Assembly: GCA_014251975.1 (NCBI GenBank)
Contig: CP059204.1
Location: forward strand, 300,001 to 332,000
Length of the DNA: 32,000 nucleotides
Origin: Blattabacterium cuenoti
GTDB taxonomy: Bacteria; Bacteroidota; Bacteroidia; Flavobacteriales; Blattabacteriaceae
Reading direction: 5' to 3'
Part shown: positions 9,915 to 19,364 of the stretch, one piece after another
How the letters are laid out: every line of letters begins with the position of its first letter
Position numbering within the stretch: position 1 is the first letter of the stretch
Position numbers and translations under genes: made by a program
Notes under the pieces: model-generated
Database searches by the model: none
Told to the model about the DNA's origin: nothing
The model's input: only the letters and a program-made list of their open reading frames with translations

Positions 9915-10997
9915 TTATTTTTTTATCAAAGTATTAATAAAAGTATTTATTTTTTCGTTATTAATATTTTTATACCATATATATCCATTCTTTATATATA
10001 AAAAAGAATATAAATTATTTTCATATATATTAATAGTATCTAGTCCATGATGCATATTCCTTGAATATCTTTTATTCATTAAAAAAGTCCATTGAGAAAT
10101 AGCATTCATTCCAATATTACTATCTAAAGCTGAACTAATGCACCATTTTATGTTTCTTTTTTCTGCTTCTATAATTAATTCTTCAGATTCAATAAAACTT
10201 TTATAAATACTAGGTTTAATAATTATAAATTGTGGTTTAATAAAATTTAATAATTTTATTTTTTCTTTTATATTATTTATACTATGTAATTCTTCATCTA
10301 ATGCAACTGGTATACATGAATTCTTACATATTTCACTAATTATACTCCAATTACCTGCAATAATTGGTTGTTCTATATAATTAATAATTTTTTTTATATA
10401 AAATAACTTATTTAAAAACCAATAAACTTCTTTTTTATTTTTACAGCATCCATTAAAATCTATTCTAATTTTTATAAATGGATAAATATTTATAATTTTT
10501 TTTATTATAAATATTTGATATTTAATTAAATATTTATTAGTTTTTATTTTAAAGAAAATAAATCCATTAGATATTTTATTTTTTATTTTATTTATTATTG
10601 TATTTACATCATTGTACCAAAAATTTAACCATATTAAACAACTTAATGGCAATCCTTCAATACCATCAGTAAAATTAGATTTATATAAAATTGGAAATTT
10701 ATATACATTTTTAAAGTATAAAAATGCTTGATTTATCCCGAATAAAATAGATGTATGTATGCGATATTCATTATTAAATGATAAATTTTTAATATTTATT
10801 AATTTAAATTTCAAAATATTTGATACATCAATTATTATTCTTTTTAAATCATTTGATTTTAATATTGAATTACATTCTCCTATACCTATTTTATTATTTC
10901 TATAAATAATAAAAATCCATATTGTATTTTTAAAAAATGTATTATTATAATTTCTTAATTTTTTTTTAAAAAAAATTGTTTTTTTTAATACAATTAT
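9915..10997 (-). CDS. menC: o-Succinylbenzoate synthase (enolase superfamily). The 5' end is extended beyond the ORF-track TTG at 10814; the true start is non-canonical or uncertain.
   Basis: Metal-ligand and catalytic segments FFKIKT, IRIDFNG, YIEQPI and ALDEEL. The frame stays open upstream to 11063 and encodes the expected capping-domain motif ...KNTIWIFIIYRNNKIGIGEC... Confidence 0.8.
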   Translation of the reverse strand: MIVLKKTIFFKKKLRNYNNTFFKNTIWIFIIYRNNKIGIGECNSILKSNDLKRIIIDVSNILKFKLINIKNLSFNNEYRIHTSILFGINQAFLYFKNVYKFPILYKSNFTDGIEGLPLSCLIWLNFWYNDVNTIINKIKNKISNGFIFFKIKTNKYLIKYQIFIIKKIINIYPFIKIRIDFNGCCKNKKEVYWFLNKLFYIKKIINYIEQPIIAGNWSIISEICKNSCIPVALDEELHSINNIKEKIKLLNFIKPQFIIIKPSIYKSFIESEELIIEAEKRNIKWCISSALDSNIGMNAISQWTFLMNKRYSRNMHHGLDTINIYENNLYSFLYIKNGYIWYKNINNEKINTFINTLIKK

Positions 10998-11020
10998 TCT
11001 ATTATTAGAAGTAATAATTA

Positions 11021-11713
11021 TTATATATTGATTGAAGTATTTGAATTCATTAAAATAAGATTTTTATAATGTTTATAAAATATATTTTTTGATTTTTCTT
11101 TATTAATTAAAATACTATCAAAAGTATTATAATGCACTCCTATAACCTTATTACATTTCAAATATTCTGTAGCTATTAAAGCATCTTTAACATCCATAGT
11201 AAATCTACCACCTATTGGAAGTATGGATATATTTAATTTACCAAAATTCGGGATTGTACACATTTCTTTTGTCAAAGAAGTATCTCCAGATATATATATA
11301 TTACCTTCATCAGAATGTAATAAAAATCCACCAGGATTACCACCAAAAATACCATTTTTAAATGAACTAGAATGAGATGCCCATACATATTTTAATTTTC
11401 CAAATGGAAAATTAACAAAAGATCCAAAATTCATACCATATGTTTTTATTTTTTTACTATAAAAAAAATTAGATATTTCATAATTTGATATTATTAAAGA
11501 ATTCTTGTTATATCTATAAAATAATTCTACATCACAAACATGATCATAATGTGCATGAGTAATTAGTATATAATCAATATTTATTTTATTCAAGTATGTT
11601 TTTAATATATTTTTATCAAATAATGGGTTATCAGATAAAAAGGGATCTATTAATAATTTTTTATTATGTAATTCTAATAATAATGTACTATGAGAAAGAA
11701 AAGTAATTTTCAT
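11021..11713 (-). CDS. Metallo-beta-lactamase-fold hydrolase (UPF0173-like)
   Basis: 230 aa. N-terminus MKITFLSHSTLLLE..KKLLIDPFLSDNP and the HxHxDH metal motif ITHAHYDHVCD. Confidence 0.8.
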   Translation of the reverse strand: MKITFLSHSTLLLELHNKKLLIDPFLSDNPLFDKNILKTYLNKINIDYILITHAHYDHVCDVELFYRYNKNSLIISNYEISNFFYSKKIKTYGMNFGSFVNFPFGKLKYVWASHSSSFKNGIFGGNPGGFLLHSDEGNIYISGDTSLTKEMCTIPNFGKLNISILPIGGRFTMDVKDALIATEYLKCNKVIGVHYNTFDSILINKEKSKNIFYKHYKNLILMNSNTSINI

Positions 11714-11723
11714 AATAATATTT

Positions 11724-12665
11724 TTATAATAAATAATAACTAAAACTTAAACTAATTGAATATATAAAAATTATATAAATTAATTTTATTAATTCTTTTG
11801 TATATAATTTTTTTTTTTTTAAAGTTAAAATTGTTCTAATGTGAAATATTAAATATACAGAAATTACTAAAAATAAAATCCATTGAAATATATTGTTATT
11901 ATTATCTCTAATTAATATAAAAATACCACTAAAAAATATAGAAAATAATATTATTAATGCATGATATACTTTAGCATTTTTCTCACCAATAAAATTTGCT
12001 ATTGTTATTTTATTACATTTACAATCACTTTCTATATCTCTTATATTATTTAAATTTAATACTGCAACATTTAATAATCCTATAGATAAAGAAAATAAAA
12101 ATATATCAGTTGATGGAACTTGAAAAGTATATAAAAAATAACTTCCTGATATAGAAATTATACCAAAAAAAATTAATACAAATAAATCTCCAAGTGCTTT
12201 GTCCCCATATGACAAAGGCCCACCTATAGAGTAGGTTATAGAACAATATATAGATAAAAATAAACCAAATAAATATATATAAAATATATTATTTCTTTTT
12301 ATAAAAAAAAAATTAAATGATTTATATATTAAATAATATCCGAAAAAAAAGGACAAAACAGAAATTATATAAATCATTATTTTCATTTCTTTTTTTGATA
12401 TTATACTTTTTTTAACCAATCTAATTGATCCAATTCTTTTATTAAACTTATCTTTTACAGTATGCCCATAATCGTTAGAAAAATTAGATAAAATCTGTAA
12501 TAGTACCGATGTAACAACACATAAAATATAAATATTTATTTTATCTATATTTATTTTTTTAAATTTTGATATAGATAAAATAAAACTTGAAGTAACTCCA
12601 GAAAAAGATAAAAGTAAAGTATGATATCTAGTAGCTATTATCCATTTTTTTAATTTTTTTATCAT
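11724..12665 (-). CDS. menA: 1,4-dihydroxy-2-naphthoate polyprenyltransferase (UbiA family)
   Basis: Polytopic membrane protein. First Asp-rich motif is [18 protein letters not shown]; second motif is [15 protein letters not shown]. It overlaps the menB stop by 4 nt. Confidence 0.88.
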   Translation of the reverse strand: MIKKLKKWIIATRYHTLLLSFSGVTSSFILSISKFKKINIDKINIYILCVVTSVLLQILSNFSNDYGHTVKDKFNKRIGSIRLVKKSIISKKEMKIMIYIISVLSFFFGYYLIYKSFNFFFIKRNNIFYIYLFGLFLSIYCSITYSIGGPLSYGDKALGDLFVLIFFGIISISGSYFLYTFQVPSTDIFLFSLSIGLLNVAVLNLNNIRDIESDCKCNKITIANFIGEKNAKVYHALIILFSIFFSGIFILIRDNNNNIFQWILFLVISVYLIFHIRTILTLKKKKLYTKELIKLIYIIFIYSISLSFSYYLL

Positions 12666-13486
12666 ATAAACTTTTTAAATTTTTTGAAATTTGGCGGTCT
12701 TTTTTCTAAAAAAGCATTTTTTCCTTCTTTAGATTCTTCCATTAAATAAAACATATGAGTAGCATCACCAGCTAATTGCATTAATCCATGTTGCCCATCT
12801 AATTCTGCATTTAAACAACGTTTTATCATTCTAATAGACATAGGACTTCTTTTTTGTATAACTTTACACCATTCTATAGTAATTTTTTCTAAATCATTTT
12901 TTTTTACTATTTTATTAATCAATCCCATATCTAATGCTTCTTTAGATGAATATTTTTTACATAAAAACCACATTTCTCTTGTTTTTTTTTGTCCAATATT
13001 ACGAGCTAAATAAGAGCTACCAAATCCACCATCAAAAGATCCTACTTTTGGTCCAACTTGGCTAAAAATAGCATTACTTGATGCTATAGTCAAATCACAA
13101 ACTACATGTAGTACGTTACCTCCACCTATAGCGTAACCATTAACCATTGCAATAACTGGTTTAGGTAATTCTCTTATTTTTTTATAAAATTCTAAAATAT
13201 TTAATTTAGGATTTCCATCATCTCCAATATAACCACCTTTTCCTCTTGTAGTCTGATCTCCACCTGAACAAAATGATTTATCTCCATATCCTGTTATTAT
13301 TACTACATCAATATCATTACGACATTTACATATTTCTATAGCATCTATCATTTCTTCTACTGTTTTTACACGAAACGCATTATAACACCATGGTCTATTT
13401 ATTACTATTTTAGAAATTCCATTATAATATAAAAATAAAATATCTTTATATTTTTTAATTTGTACCCAATCAATTAAAAGATTCAT
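12662..13486 (-). CDS. menB: 1,4-dihydroxy-2-naphthoyl-CoA synthase (crotonase fold)
   Basis: 274 aa with [27 protein letters not shown] and a C-terminal ...[14 protein letters not shown], typical of MenB. Confidence 0.93.
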   Translation of the reverse strand: MNLLIDWVQIKKYKDILFLYYNGISKIVINRPWCYNAFRVKTVEEMIDAIEICKCRNDIDVVIITGYGDKSFCSGGDQTTRGKGGYIGDDGNPKLNILEFYKKIRELPKPVIAMVNGYAIGGGNVLHVVCDLTIASSNAIFSQVGPKVGSFDGGFGSSYLARNIGQKKTREMWFLCKKYSSKEALDMGLINKIVKKNDLEKITIEWCKVIQKRSPMSIRMIKRCLNAELDGQHGLMQLAGDATHMFYLMEESKEGKNAFLEKRPPNFKKFKKFI

Positions 13487-13512
13487 TATAAAATTATTGT
13501 ATTAACAAAAAA

Positions 13513-14796
13513 TTAATTTACCAATATTAAATAAATAAATCCAGTAATGTATCCTATTAATGATAACCAACTAATTTTTTTCAAATACCATAAAAAATCC
13601 ATTTTTTCCATACCCATAGCAGTTATTCCAGATGCAGAACCAATTAATAGTAAACTACCGCCAACACCTGATGAATATGCTATAAAATGCCAAAAATTAT
13701 GATTCAAAGAATAAGAAAACATAGATATAGTGGCAGCTACTAATGGAACATTATCAATTATAGAAGAAATGAATCCAAATAAAAAAGATATTATTTCCCA
13801 TCTAGTTAAAATTTTTTTCATCCAAAATGAAAAATAATATAATACACCTATTGATTCTATAGATGCTACAGAAAGTAAAATACCAAAAAAAAATAATACA
13901 CTAGAAACATCTATACTTTTTATTGTTTCATCTATAAACAATATTGTATCATTTTTATATTTTATTGTTACTATACATAATAATATACCAAGAGAAAACA
14001 TAATGCCCATATAAGGGGGTATCCCAACTATAGTTTTAAAAATAGGTACCATTAACATAAGTATTAAACCTATTTGTAACATTAAAAACTCTTCAAAATA
14101 ATTTTTTTTGTATAAACTATAATCTTTATTTATATTTAATTTTCCATTAAAAATAGGCATTAAAGAAGCAAAATACGTAGAAGTAAACATACATAATACA
14201 GAAGGTATAAACAATTTTTTTAAAAGATGAAAAGAATTTACCTTTTTAGATATCCATAACATAGTAGTAGTAATATCACCTATTGGAGACCATACTCCAC
14301 CAGCATTAGAAGATATAATTACAATACCTAAAAAATATAAACGTTCTTTATTTCCTCTTATTAATTTTCTTAATAAGGATATTAAAACTATAGTTGTAGT
14401 TAAATTATCTATTATAGCAGATAATAAAAAAGATATTATGCTTAATTTCCATAAAAATATTTGTTTAGTATTTGTATAAAAAAATTTTTTTAAAATTTCA
14501 AATGAATTAAACTTTTCAAGTATAGAAATAAGACACATAGTCCCAATTATAAAAAATACTATTTCAGAAGTCTTACCTAAATGTAATAATAATAAATTTT
14601 TATAATCTTTTTCTACTAAAATATTTTTATTAAATTCATAAACTGGTAATCTAAAAAATATAATTAATGACCAACATATAGAAGATATTAAAATAGATGG
14701 TATAACTTTATTTAAAGAAATAATATTTCCAAATGCAATTAATAAATATCCAACAATAAATATTATTATAATAACAATCATTGAAGATTGATACAT
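13513..14796 (-). CDS. Ion transporter of the NhaD/ArsB (IT superfamily) type, putative Na+/H+ antiporter
   Basis: 427 aa and highly hydrophobic, with about 11-12 predicted TM segments. Internal segments (SAIIDNLTTT, SSIIDNVPLVA) resemble the duplicated hairpin motifs of NhaD/ArsB-like permeases. Substrate is not determinable from sequence. Confidence 0.6.
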   Translation of the reverse strand: MYQSSMIVIIIIFIVGYLLIAFGNIISLNKVIPSILISSICWSLIIFFRLPVYEFNKNILVEKDYKNLLLLHLGKTSEIVFFIIGTMCLISILEKFNSFEILKKFFYTNTKQIFLWKLSIISFLLSAIIDNLTTTIVLISLLRKLIRGNKERLYFLGIVIISSNAGGVWSPIGDITTTMLWISKKVNSFHLLKKLFIPSVLCMFTSTYFASLMPIFNGKLNINKDYSLYKKNYFEEFLMLQIGLILMLMVPIFKTIVGIPPYMGIMFSLGILLCIVTIKYKNDTILFIDETIKSIDVSSVLFFFGILLSVASIESIGVLYYFSFWMKKILTRWEIISFLFGFISSIIDNVPLVAATISMFSYSLNHNFWHFIAYSSGVGGSLLLIGSASGITAMGMEKMDFLWYLKKISWLSLIGYITGFIYLILVN

Positions 14797-14812
14797 TTAT
14801 TATTTTTTTAAT

Positions 14813-16108
14813 TTAAAAGGTCCAATTCAAATAAATAGCATTCTTCCCCAGTTTTTCTTCTATTCTTAATAATTCATTATATTTTATAGTTCGTTCTGAA
14901 CGACATATAGAACCTGCTTTAATTTGTTCAATATTATATGCTACTGATAAATTAGAAATAAACGGATCTTCAGTCTCTCCAGAACGATGTGAAATAATAT
15001 TTTTATATCCATTTTTATGTGCCATATCAATAGTTTCTACAGTTTCTGTTAATGTTCCTACTTGATTTATTTTTATTAATATAGAATTAGCTATTTTTTT
15101 GTCAATTCCATTTTTTAATTTACGAACTTGTGTGACAAAAATATCATCACCTACTAATTGAATTTTATTCCCTATTGTACTGGTTAATAATTTCCAACCA
15201 TCCCAATCATTTTGATCCATACCATCTTCAATAGAAACAATTGGATATTTATTTATTAGAGATGATAAATATTCAACTTGTTCTTCTCTTGATTTTGTAA
15301 TACTATTTTGTTTAGATATATCTTTTTTAAATTTAGAATAATTATATATCCCATCTTCATAAAATTCTGATGAAGCACAATCTATAGCTATTCCTATATC
15401 AGAATAAGGTTCATAATTAGATAAGTGTATAGATTCTAAAATAATATCTAATATTTCTTCTATCCCACCTATATTATCTGGATAAAATCCACCTTCATCG
15501 CCTACATTAGTTGATATACCTTTATCACTTAAAATTTTTTTTAATGAATAAAATACTTTATGTACCATATTCATAGCGTCCATAAAAGTATTTGCTTTCA
15601 TAGGTACTATCATGAATTCTTGAAATACTATAGAAGAATTTGAATGTTTACCACCATTTATAATGTTTATTAAAGGTACAGGTAAAAAATTAGTATATAT
15701 ACCTCCAATATATTTATATAAAGGAATACATAATACTTTAGAAGCTGCTTTAGATACAGCTATTGAAACAGATAAAATAGAATTAGCACCTAATCTTTTT
15801 TTATTTTTAGTGCCATCTAAATCTATCATTAATTTATCAATATAAACTTGATCTAGTACAGATTTATCAATTAATTCTGGAGAAATAATATCTTTAATAT
15901 TTGATATAGCTTTTAAAACACTTTTCCCGGAAAAAAAATCATCTTTATTATCTCTAATTTCATAAGATTCATTATCTCCCTTAGATTTCCCTGAAGGTAC
16001 AGACGCTCTACCAACAATATTGTTATAAGTAATTACATCAACTTCTAAAGTTGGATTACCTCTAGAATCTAATATTTGTCTAGCTAAAATATTTTTAATT
16101 TTACTCAT
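14813..16108 (-). CDS. eno: Enolase
   Basis: [17 protein letters not shown] at the N-terminus, SHRSGETED, and [12 protein letters not shown]. 431 aa. Confidence 0.97.
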   Translation of the reverse strand: MSKIKNILARQILDSRGNPTLEVDVITYNNIVGRASVPSGKSKGDNESYEIRDNKDDFFSGKSVLKAISNIKDIISPELIDKSVLDQVYIDKLMIDLDGTKNKKRLGANSILSVSIAVSKAASKVLCIPLYKYIGGIYTNFLPVPLINIINGGKHSNSSIVFQEFMIVPMKANTFMDAMNMVHKVFYSLKKILSDKGISTNVGDEGGFYPDNIGGIEEILDIILESIHLSNYEPYSDIGIAIDCASSEFYEDGIYNYSKFKKDISKQNSITKSREEQVEYLSSLINKYPIVSIEDGMDQNDWDGWKLLTSTIGNKIQLVGDDIFVTQVRKLKNGIDKKIANSILIKINQVGTLTETVETIDMAHKNGYKNIISHRSGETEDPFISNLSVAYNIEQIKAGSICRSERTIKYNELLRIEEKLGKNAIYLNWTF

Positions 16109-16526
16109 TTATACTAATTTTTTTTTTTTTACTACGTCTTGTATGTTTTATATTATTTTTATAGAATTTTTTATTATTAAAATCAACTAATTCTACAAAA
16201 GCTAAAGGTGCTTGATCACCGTAACGAAATCCAACTTTTAATATCCTAATATATCCTCCAGTACGTTTTCTAATATTTTCAAACTTATCTTTAAATAACT
16301 CTGATACTGCTGTTTTATTTCTAAGATAAGAAAAAACATTCCTTCTAGAATTAAATGTATCTATTTTAGATTTTGTTATGATTGGTTCAATATATTTTCT
16401 CAATACTTTAGCCTTAGACAAAGTGGTAAATATTCTTTTTTCTTTAATCAAAGATGTTGCCATATTAGATAGCATAGACGCTCTATGACCCTTTTTTCTA
16501 TTTAAAGATTTTTTTTTATTATTCAT
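16101..16526 (-). CDS. rplQ: 50S ribosomal protein L17
   Basis: [29 protein letters not shown]... typical of L17. Follows rpoA. Confidence 0.95.
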   Translation of the reverse strand: MNNKKKSLNRKKGHRASMLSNMATSLIKEKRIFTTLSKAKVLRKYIEPIITKSKIDTFNSRRNVFSYLRNKTAVSELFKDKFENIRKRTGGYIRILKVGFRYGDQAPLAFVELVDFNNKKFYKNNIKHTRRSKKKKISINE

Positions 16527-16529
16527 AAT

Positions 16530-17531
16530 TTATTTTTCTACATTTATTTTATATTCTGATATTTTCATACCAAAATATAAACCTTTTTCTTTCATTTTTT
16601 TTTCTAATTCTTCTAAAGATTTTTTACCAAAATTCCTTATTTTTAATATAGTACTTTTTTTGTAGCTAACTAAGTCAAATATTGTTTTAATAGAAGCATA
16701 TTTTAAACAATTTTTTGTACGTACTGATAAATCCATTTCATTTAATTTTGATCTAAATAGATTTTTCATTTTCAAATATTCTTCATTATATTTTTTACTA
16801 CTTTCTAGTTTTTCTTTTTTTGCTTTACCAATTTTATCTTTAGAAAAGATTGAAAAATATTGAACTAATACTTTAGAAGCTTCTATTAAAGCTGATTTTG
16901 GAGTTATAGATCCATCTGTTTTTATTTCTAATGATAAACTTTCAAAATCAGTACGTTTACCAATACGACAATTTTCTACATAAAACCTAACATTCTTAAT
17001 AGGAGTAAAAATAGAATCTATTGGGATTATACCAACTAAATTGTAATCATCTTTTTTGTTTTTTTCTGCTGGGACATAACCTCTACCTTCTTCAATAGAA
17101 AATTTTATATCAAATGGGACGTTATCTACCTTATTACAAATAACTAAATCTTTATTTAAAATTTTAAATCCAGAAATAAATTTATTAATAATTTCACCTG
17201 TTACTATAGTACCTTTAATCACATTAGCATTAACTATTTCTTGATTAACTCCTGGCAAAATTTTTTTAAAACGAACTTTTTTAAAATTTAAAATTATTTC
17301 AGTCACATCTTCTACTATACCTTTTACAGTAGAAAATTCATATTTAACATCTTTAATCTGTATTGATGTTACAGCGTATCCTTTTAATGATCCTAATAAA
17401 ACTCTTCTTAATGAATTACCTAATGTTATACCATATCCAGGTTCTAAAGGTTTTAAACAAAAAATTCCTTTATTATCTGAAATTTCAGAAATTATAATTT
17501 TATCAGGTTTAACAAAATCTAATAAAGTCAT
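16530..17531 (-). CDS. rpoA: DNA-directed RNA polymerase alpha subunit
   Basis: 333 aa. N-terminal domain LEPGYGITLGNSLRRVLL. C-terminal-domain helix-hairpin-helix region LSVRTKNCLKYASIKTIFDL. Confidence 0.96.
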   Translation of the reverse strand: MTLLDFVKPDKIIISEISDNKGIFCLKPLEPGYGITLGNSLRRVLLGSLKGYAVTSIQIKDVKYEFSTVKGIVEDVTEIILNFKKVRFKKILPGVNQEIVNANVIKGTIVTGEIINKFISGFKILNKDLVICNKVDNVPFDIKFSIEEGRGYVPAEKNKKDDYNLVGIIPIDSIFTPIKNVRFYVENCRIGKRTDFESLSLEIKTDGSITPKSALIEASKVLVQYFSIFSKDKIGKAKKEKLESSKKYNEEYLKMKNLFRSKLNEMDLSVRTKNCLKYASIKTIFDLVSYKKSTILKIRNFGKKSLEELEKKMKEKGLYFGMKISEYKINVEK

Positions 17532-17540
17532 TTCTATATT

Positions 17541-18158
17541 TTATTTTGAATATAACTCAACAATTAATTGCTCATTAATTTTTTCAGGAATTTGTTGTCT
17601 TTTAGGAATATGTAAAAAAAACCCAGACATAGAAGTTTCATCTAACTTTAACCATTCCATAGAAACATTATCTTTTCTTTTATATAAAGAATTTAATATA
17701 ACTGGGTGTTTTTTAGAATTTTCTTTTACTTTTACTACATCACCTGGGTGTAATCTAAAAGATGGTATATTAACAATATTATTGTTAACAATAATATGTC
17801 TGTGATTTACAATCTGTCTAGCAGAAGCTCTAGTTAAAGAAAACTTTAATCTAAAAACTACATTGTCTAAACGAGACTCACATAGTTGTAGTAATAATTC
17901 CCCAGTAATACCTTTTTTTTTAGAAGACTCAAAAAACATTTTTTTAAACTGTTTTTCTAAAATACCATATATATATCTAGCCTTTTGTTTTTCTACTAAC
18001 TGTACTAAATATTCTGATTTTTTTGATCTACGACGATAATTTACATATCTATGGTTATAATAATATTTTTTTCTTTCAAAATATTTATCTTCTTTAAAAA
18101 TACATTCTCTAAACCTTCTAGAAATTTTTGTTTTAGGCCCTATATATTTTGCTGACAT
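17541..18158 (-). CDS. rpsD: 30S ribosomal protein S4
   Basis: MSAKYIGPKTKISRRF... N-terminus and an S4 RNA-binding domain (RLDNVVFRLKFSLTRASARQIVNHRHI). Confidence 0.96.
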   Translation of the reverse strand: MSAKYIGPKTKISRRFRECIFKEDKYFERKKYYYNHRYVNYRRRSKKSEYLVQLVEKQKARYIYGILEKQFKKMFFESSKKKGITGELLLQLCESRLDNVVFRLKFSLTRASARQIVNHRHIIVNNNIVNIPSFRLHPGDVVKVKENSKKHPVILNSLYKRKDNVSMEWLKLDETSMSGFFLHIPKRQQIPEKINEQLIVELYSK

Positions 18159-18159
18159 A

Positions 18160-18549
18160 TTATATCCTTCTTCTTTTTGGAGGTCTACACCCGTTATGAG
18201 GTAATGGTGTGATATCTTTAATTAAAGTTACTACTATCCCAGAATTACTTAACGCTCTTATTGCTGCATCTCTTCCAGCACCAGGTCCTTTAACTTTTAC
18301 TACTACTCTTCTAATACCTGCTTCAATACCTTCTTTTGCTACATTTTCTGCTGTTATTTGTGCAGCATACGGTGTGTTTTTTTTAGATCCCTTAAAATTC
18401 ATTTTACCAGCAGATGCCCATGTTATAACTTCACCTTTTTTATTTGTTAAAGTTATAATTATATTATTAAAACTAGATTGAATATGTGCTATACCTATAG
18501 GATCAACAACAACTGATTTTCTTTTTTTTACAAATGTAGATCTTTCCAT
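18160..18549 (-). CDS. rpsK: 30S ribosomal protein S11
   Basis: [28 protein letters not shown] and a C-terminal [13 protein letters not shown]. Confidence 0.97.
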   Translation of the reverse strand: MERSTFVKKRKSVVVDPIGIAHIQSSFNNIIITLTNKKGEVITWASAGKMNFKGSKKNTPYAAQITAENVAKEGIEAGIRRVVVKVKGPGAGRDAAIRALSNSGIVVTLIKDITPLPHNGCRPPKRRRI

Positions 18550-18556
18550 TATTTAA

Positions 18557-18937
18557 TTATTTTGTACTTTTCTTTTTATTTGCTACAGTTTTTTTCTTAC
18601 CCTTTCTAGTTCTACAATTATTTTTTGTTTTTTGTCCTCTTAAAGGTAGGCGTTTTCTATGTCTAATACCAACATAACATCCTATATCTATTAATCTCTT
18701 AATATTTAATTGAACATCAGATCTTAATTCTCCTTCAATTTTAATATATTTTAATATGTGTTGTCTTATTTTACTAATGTCTTCATCCGACCAGTACTTT
18801 ACTTTTTTATTTTCATCTATATTTATAGATCTTAAAATTTTTTTAGAAGTACTTTTACCAATTCCAAATAGGTATGTAAGACCAATAATTCCTCTTTTAT
18901 TAAGTGGTATATCTATCCCAGAAATTCTTACAGACAT
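18557..18937 (-). CDS. rpsM: 30S ribosomal protein S13
   Basis: [32 protein letters not shown], typical of S13. Confidence 0.97.
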   Translation of the reverse strand: MSVRISGIDIPLNKRGIIGLTYLFGIGKSTSKKILRSINIDENKKVKYWSDEDISKIRQHILKYIKIEGELRSDVQLNIKRLIDIGCYVGIRHRKRLPLRGQKTKNNCRTRKGKKKTVANKKKSTK

Positions 18938-18942
18938 ATATT

Positions 18943-19059
18943 TTATCCTTGTTTTTGTTTAAATTTAGGATTTTTTTTATTAATAATTCTAAGACGACCT
19001 TTCCTATTTACAATAATACAATTTTCAGTTCTTTTTTTTAGTGATGCTTTTACTTTCAT
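18943..19059 (-). CDS. rpmJ: 50S ribosomal protein L36 (38 aa; below the ORF-track size cutoff)
   Basis: Hand translation of the minus strand gives [38 protein letters not shown], a close match to the L36 consensus. It sits in the canonical position between infA and rpsM. Confidence 0.92.
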   Translation of the reverse strand: MKVKASLKKRTENCIIVNRKGRLRIINKKNPKFKQKQG

Positions 19060-19073
19060 AATAAAATAATTAT

Positions 19074-19289
19074 TTAATATCTATAAGTAATTCGTCCTCT
19101 TTCTAAATCATAAGAAGACATTTCTAATCTAACTTTATCTCCTGGTAAAATTTTTATATAATGCATTCTCATTTTACCAGATATATGTGCCTTTACAATA
19201 CAACCATTTTCTAATTTTACACGAAACATTGCATTTGGTGATGAATCTATAATTATACCATCAATTTCAATATGTTTTTGTTTTGTCAT
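19074..19289 (-). CDS. infA: Translation initiation factor IF-1
   Basis: 71 aa S1-like OB fold: [47 protein letters not shown]. Confidence 0.96.
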   Translation of the reverse strand: MTKQKHIEIDGIIIDSSPNAMFRVKLENGCIVKAHISGKMRMHYIKILPGDKVRLEMSSYDLERGRITYRY

Positions 19290-19364
19290 ATCTTTTTTTA
19301 TTTCTATTCACTTTAAATCACATACACTACATAACACATATAATAATAATATACGAAATTTTTT

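Noticed and set aside
11808-11820. Long homopolymer tracts inside genes: 13 T at 11808-11820 in menA, 13 T at 16118-16130 in rplQ, 12 T at 1283-1294 in coaD, 12 A at 957-968 in rnr, 11 T at 28330-28340 in rplV. Considered as possible frameshift or transcriptional-slippage sites.
   Set aside because: All tracts are in-frame (poly-Lys) and the reading frames continue into conserved sequence. No frameshift needs rescuing in this assembly. They remain error-prone positions for sequencing.
19290-19364. A 75-bp secY-infA spacer with an unusual C/A-rich run (cacatacactacataacacata), considered as a possible tRNA/sRNA or gene remnant
   Set aside because: There is no cloverleaf potential and no T-loop (GTTC) or D-loop motif. 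It is too short and too low in G for a tRNA. I cannot support any call beyond an intergenic spacer or leader.
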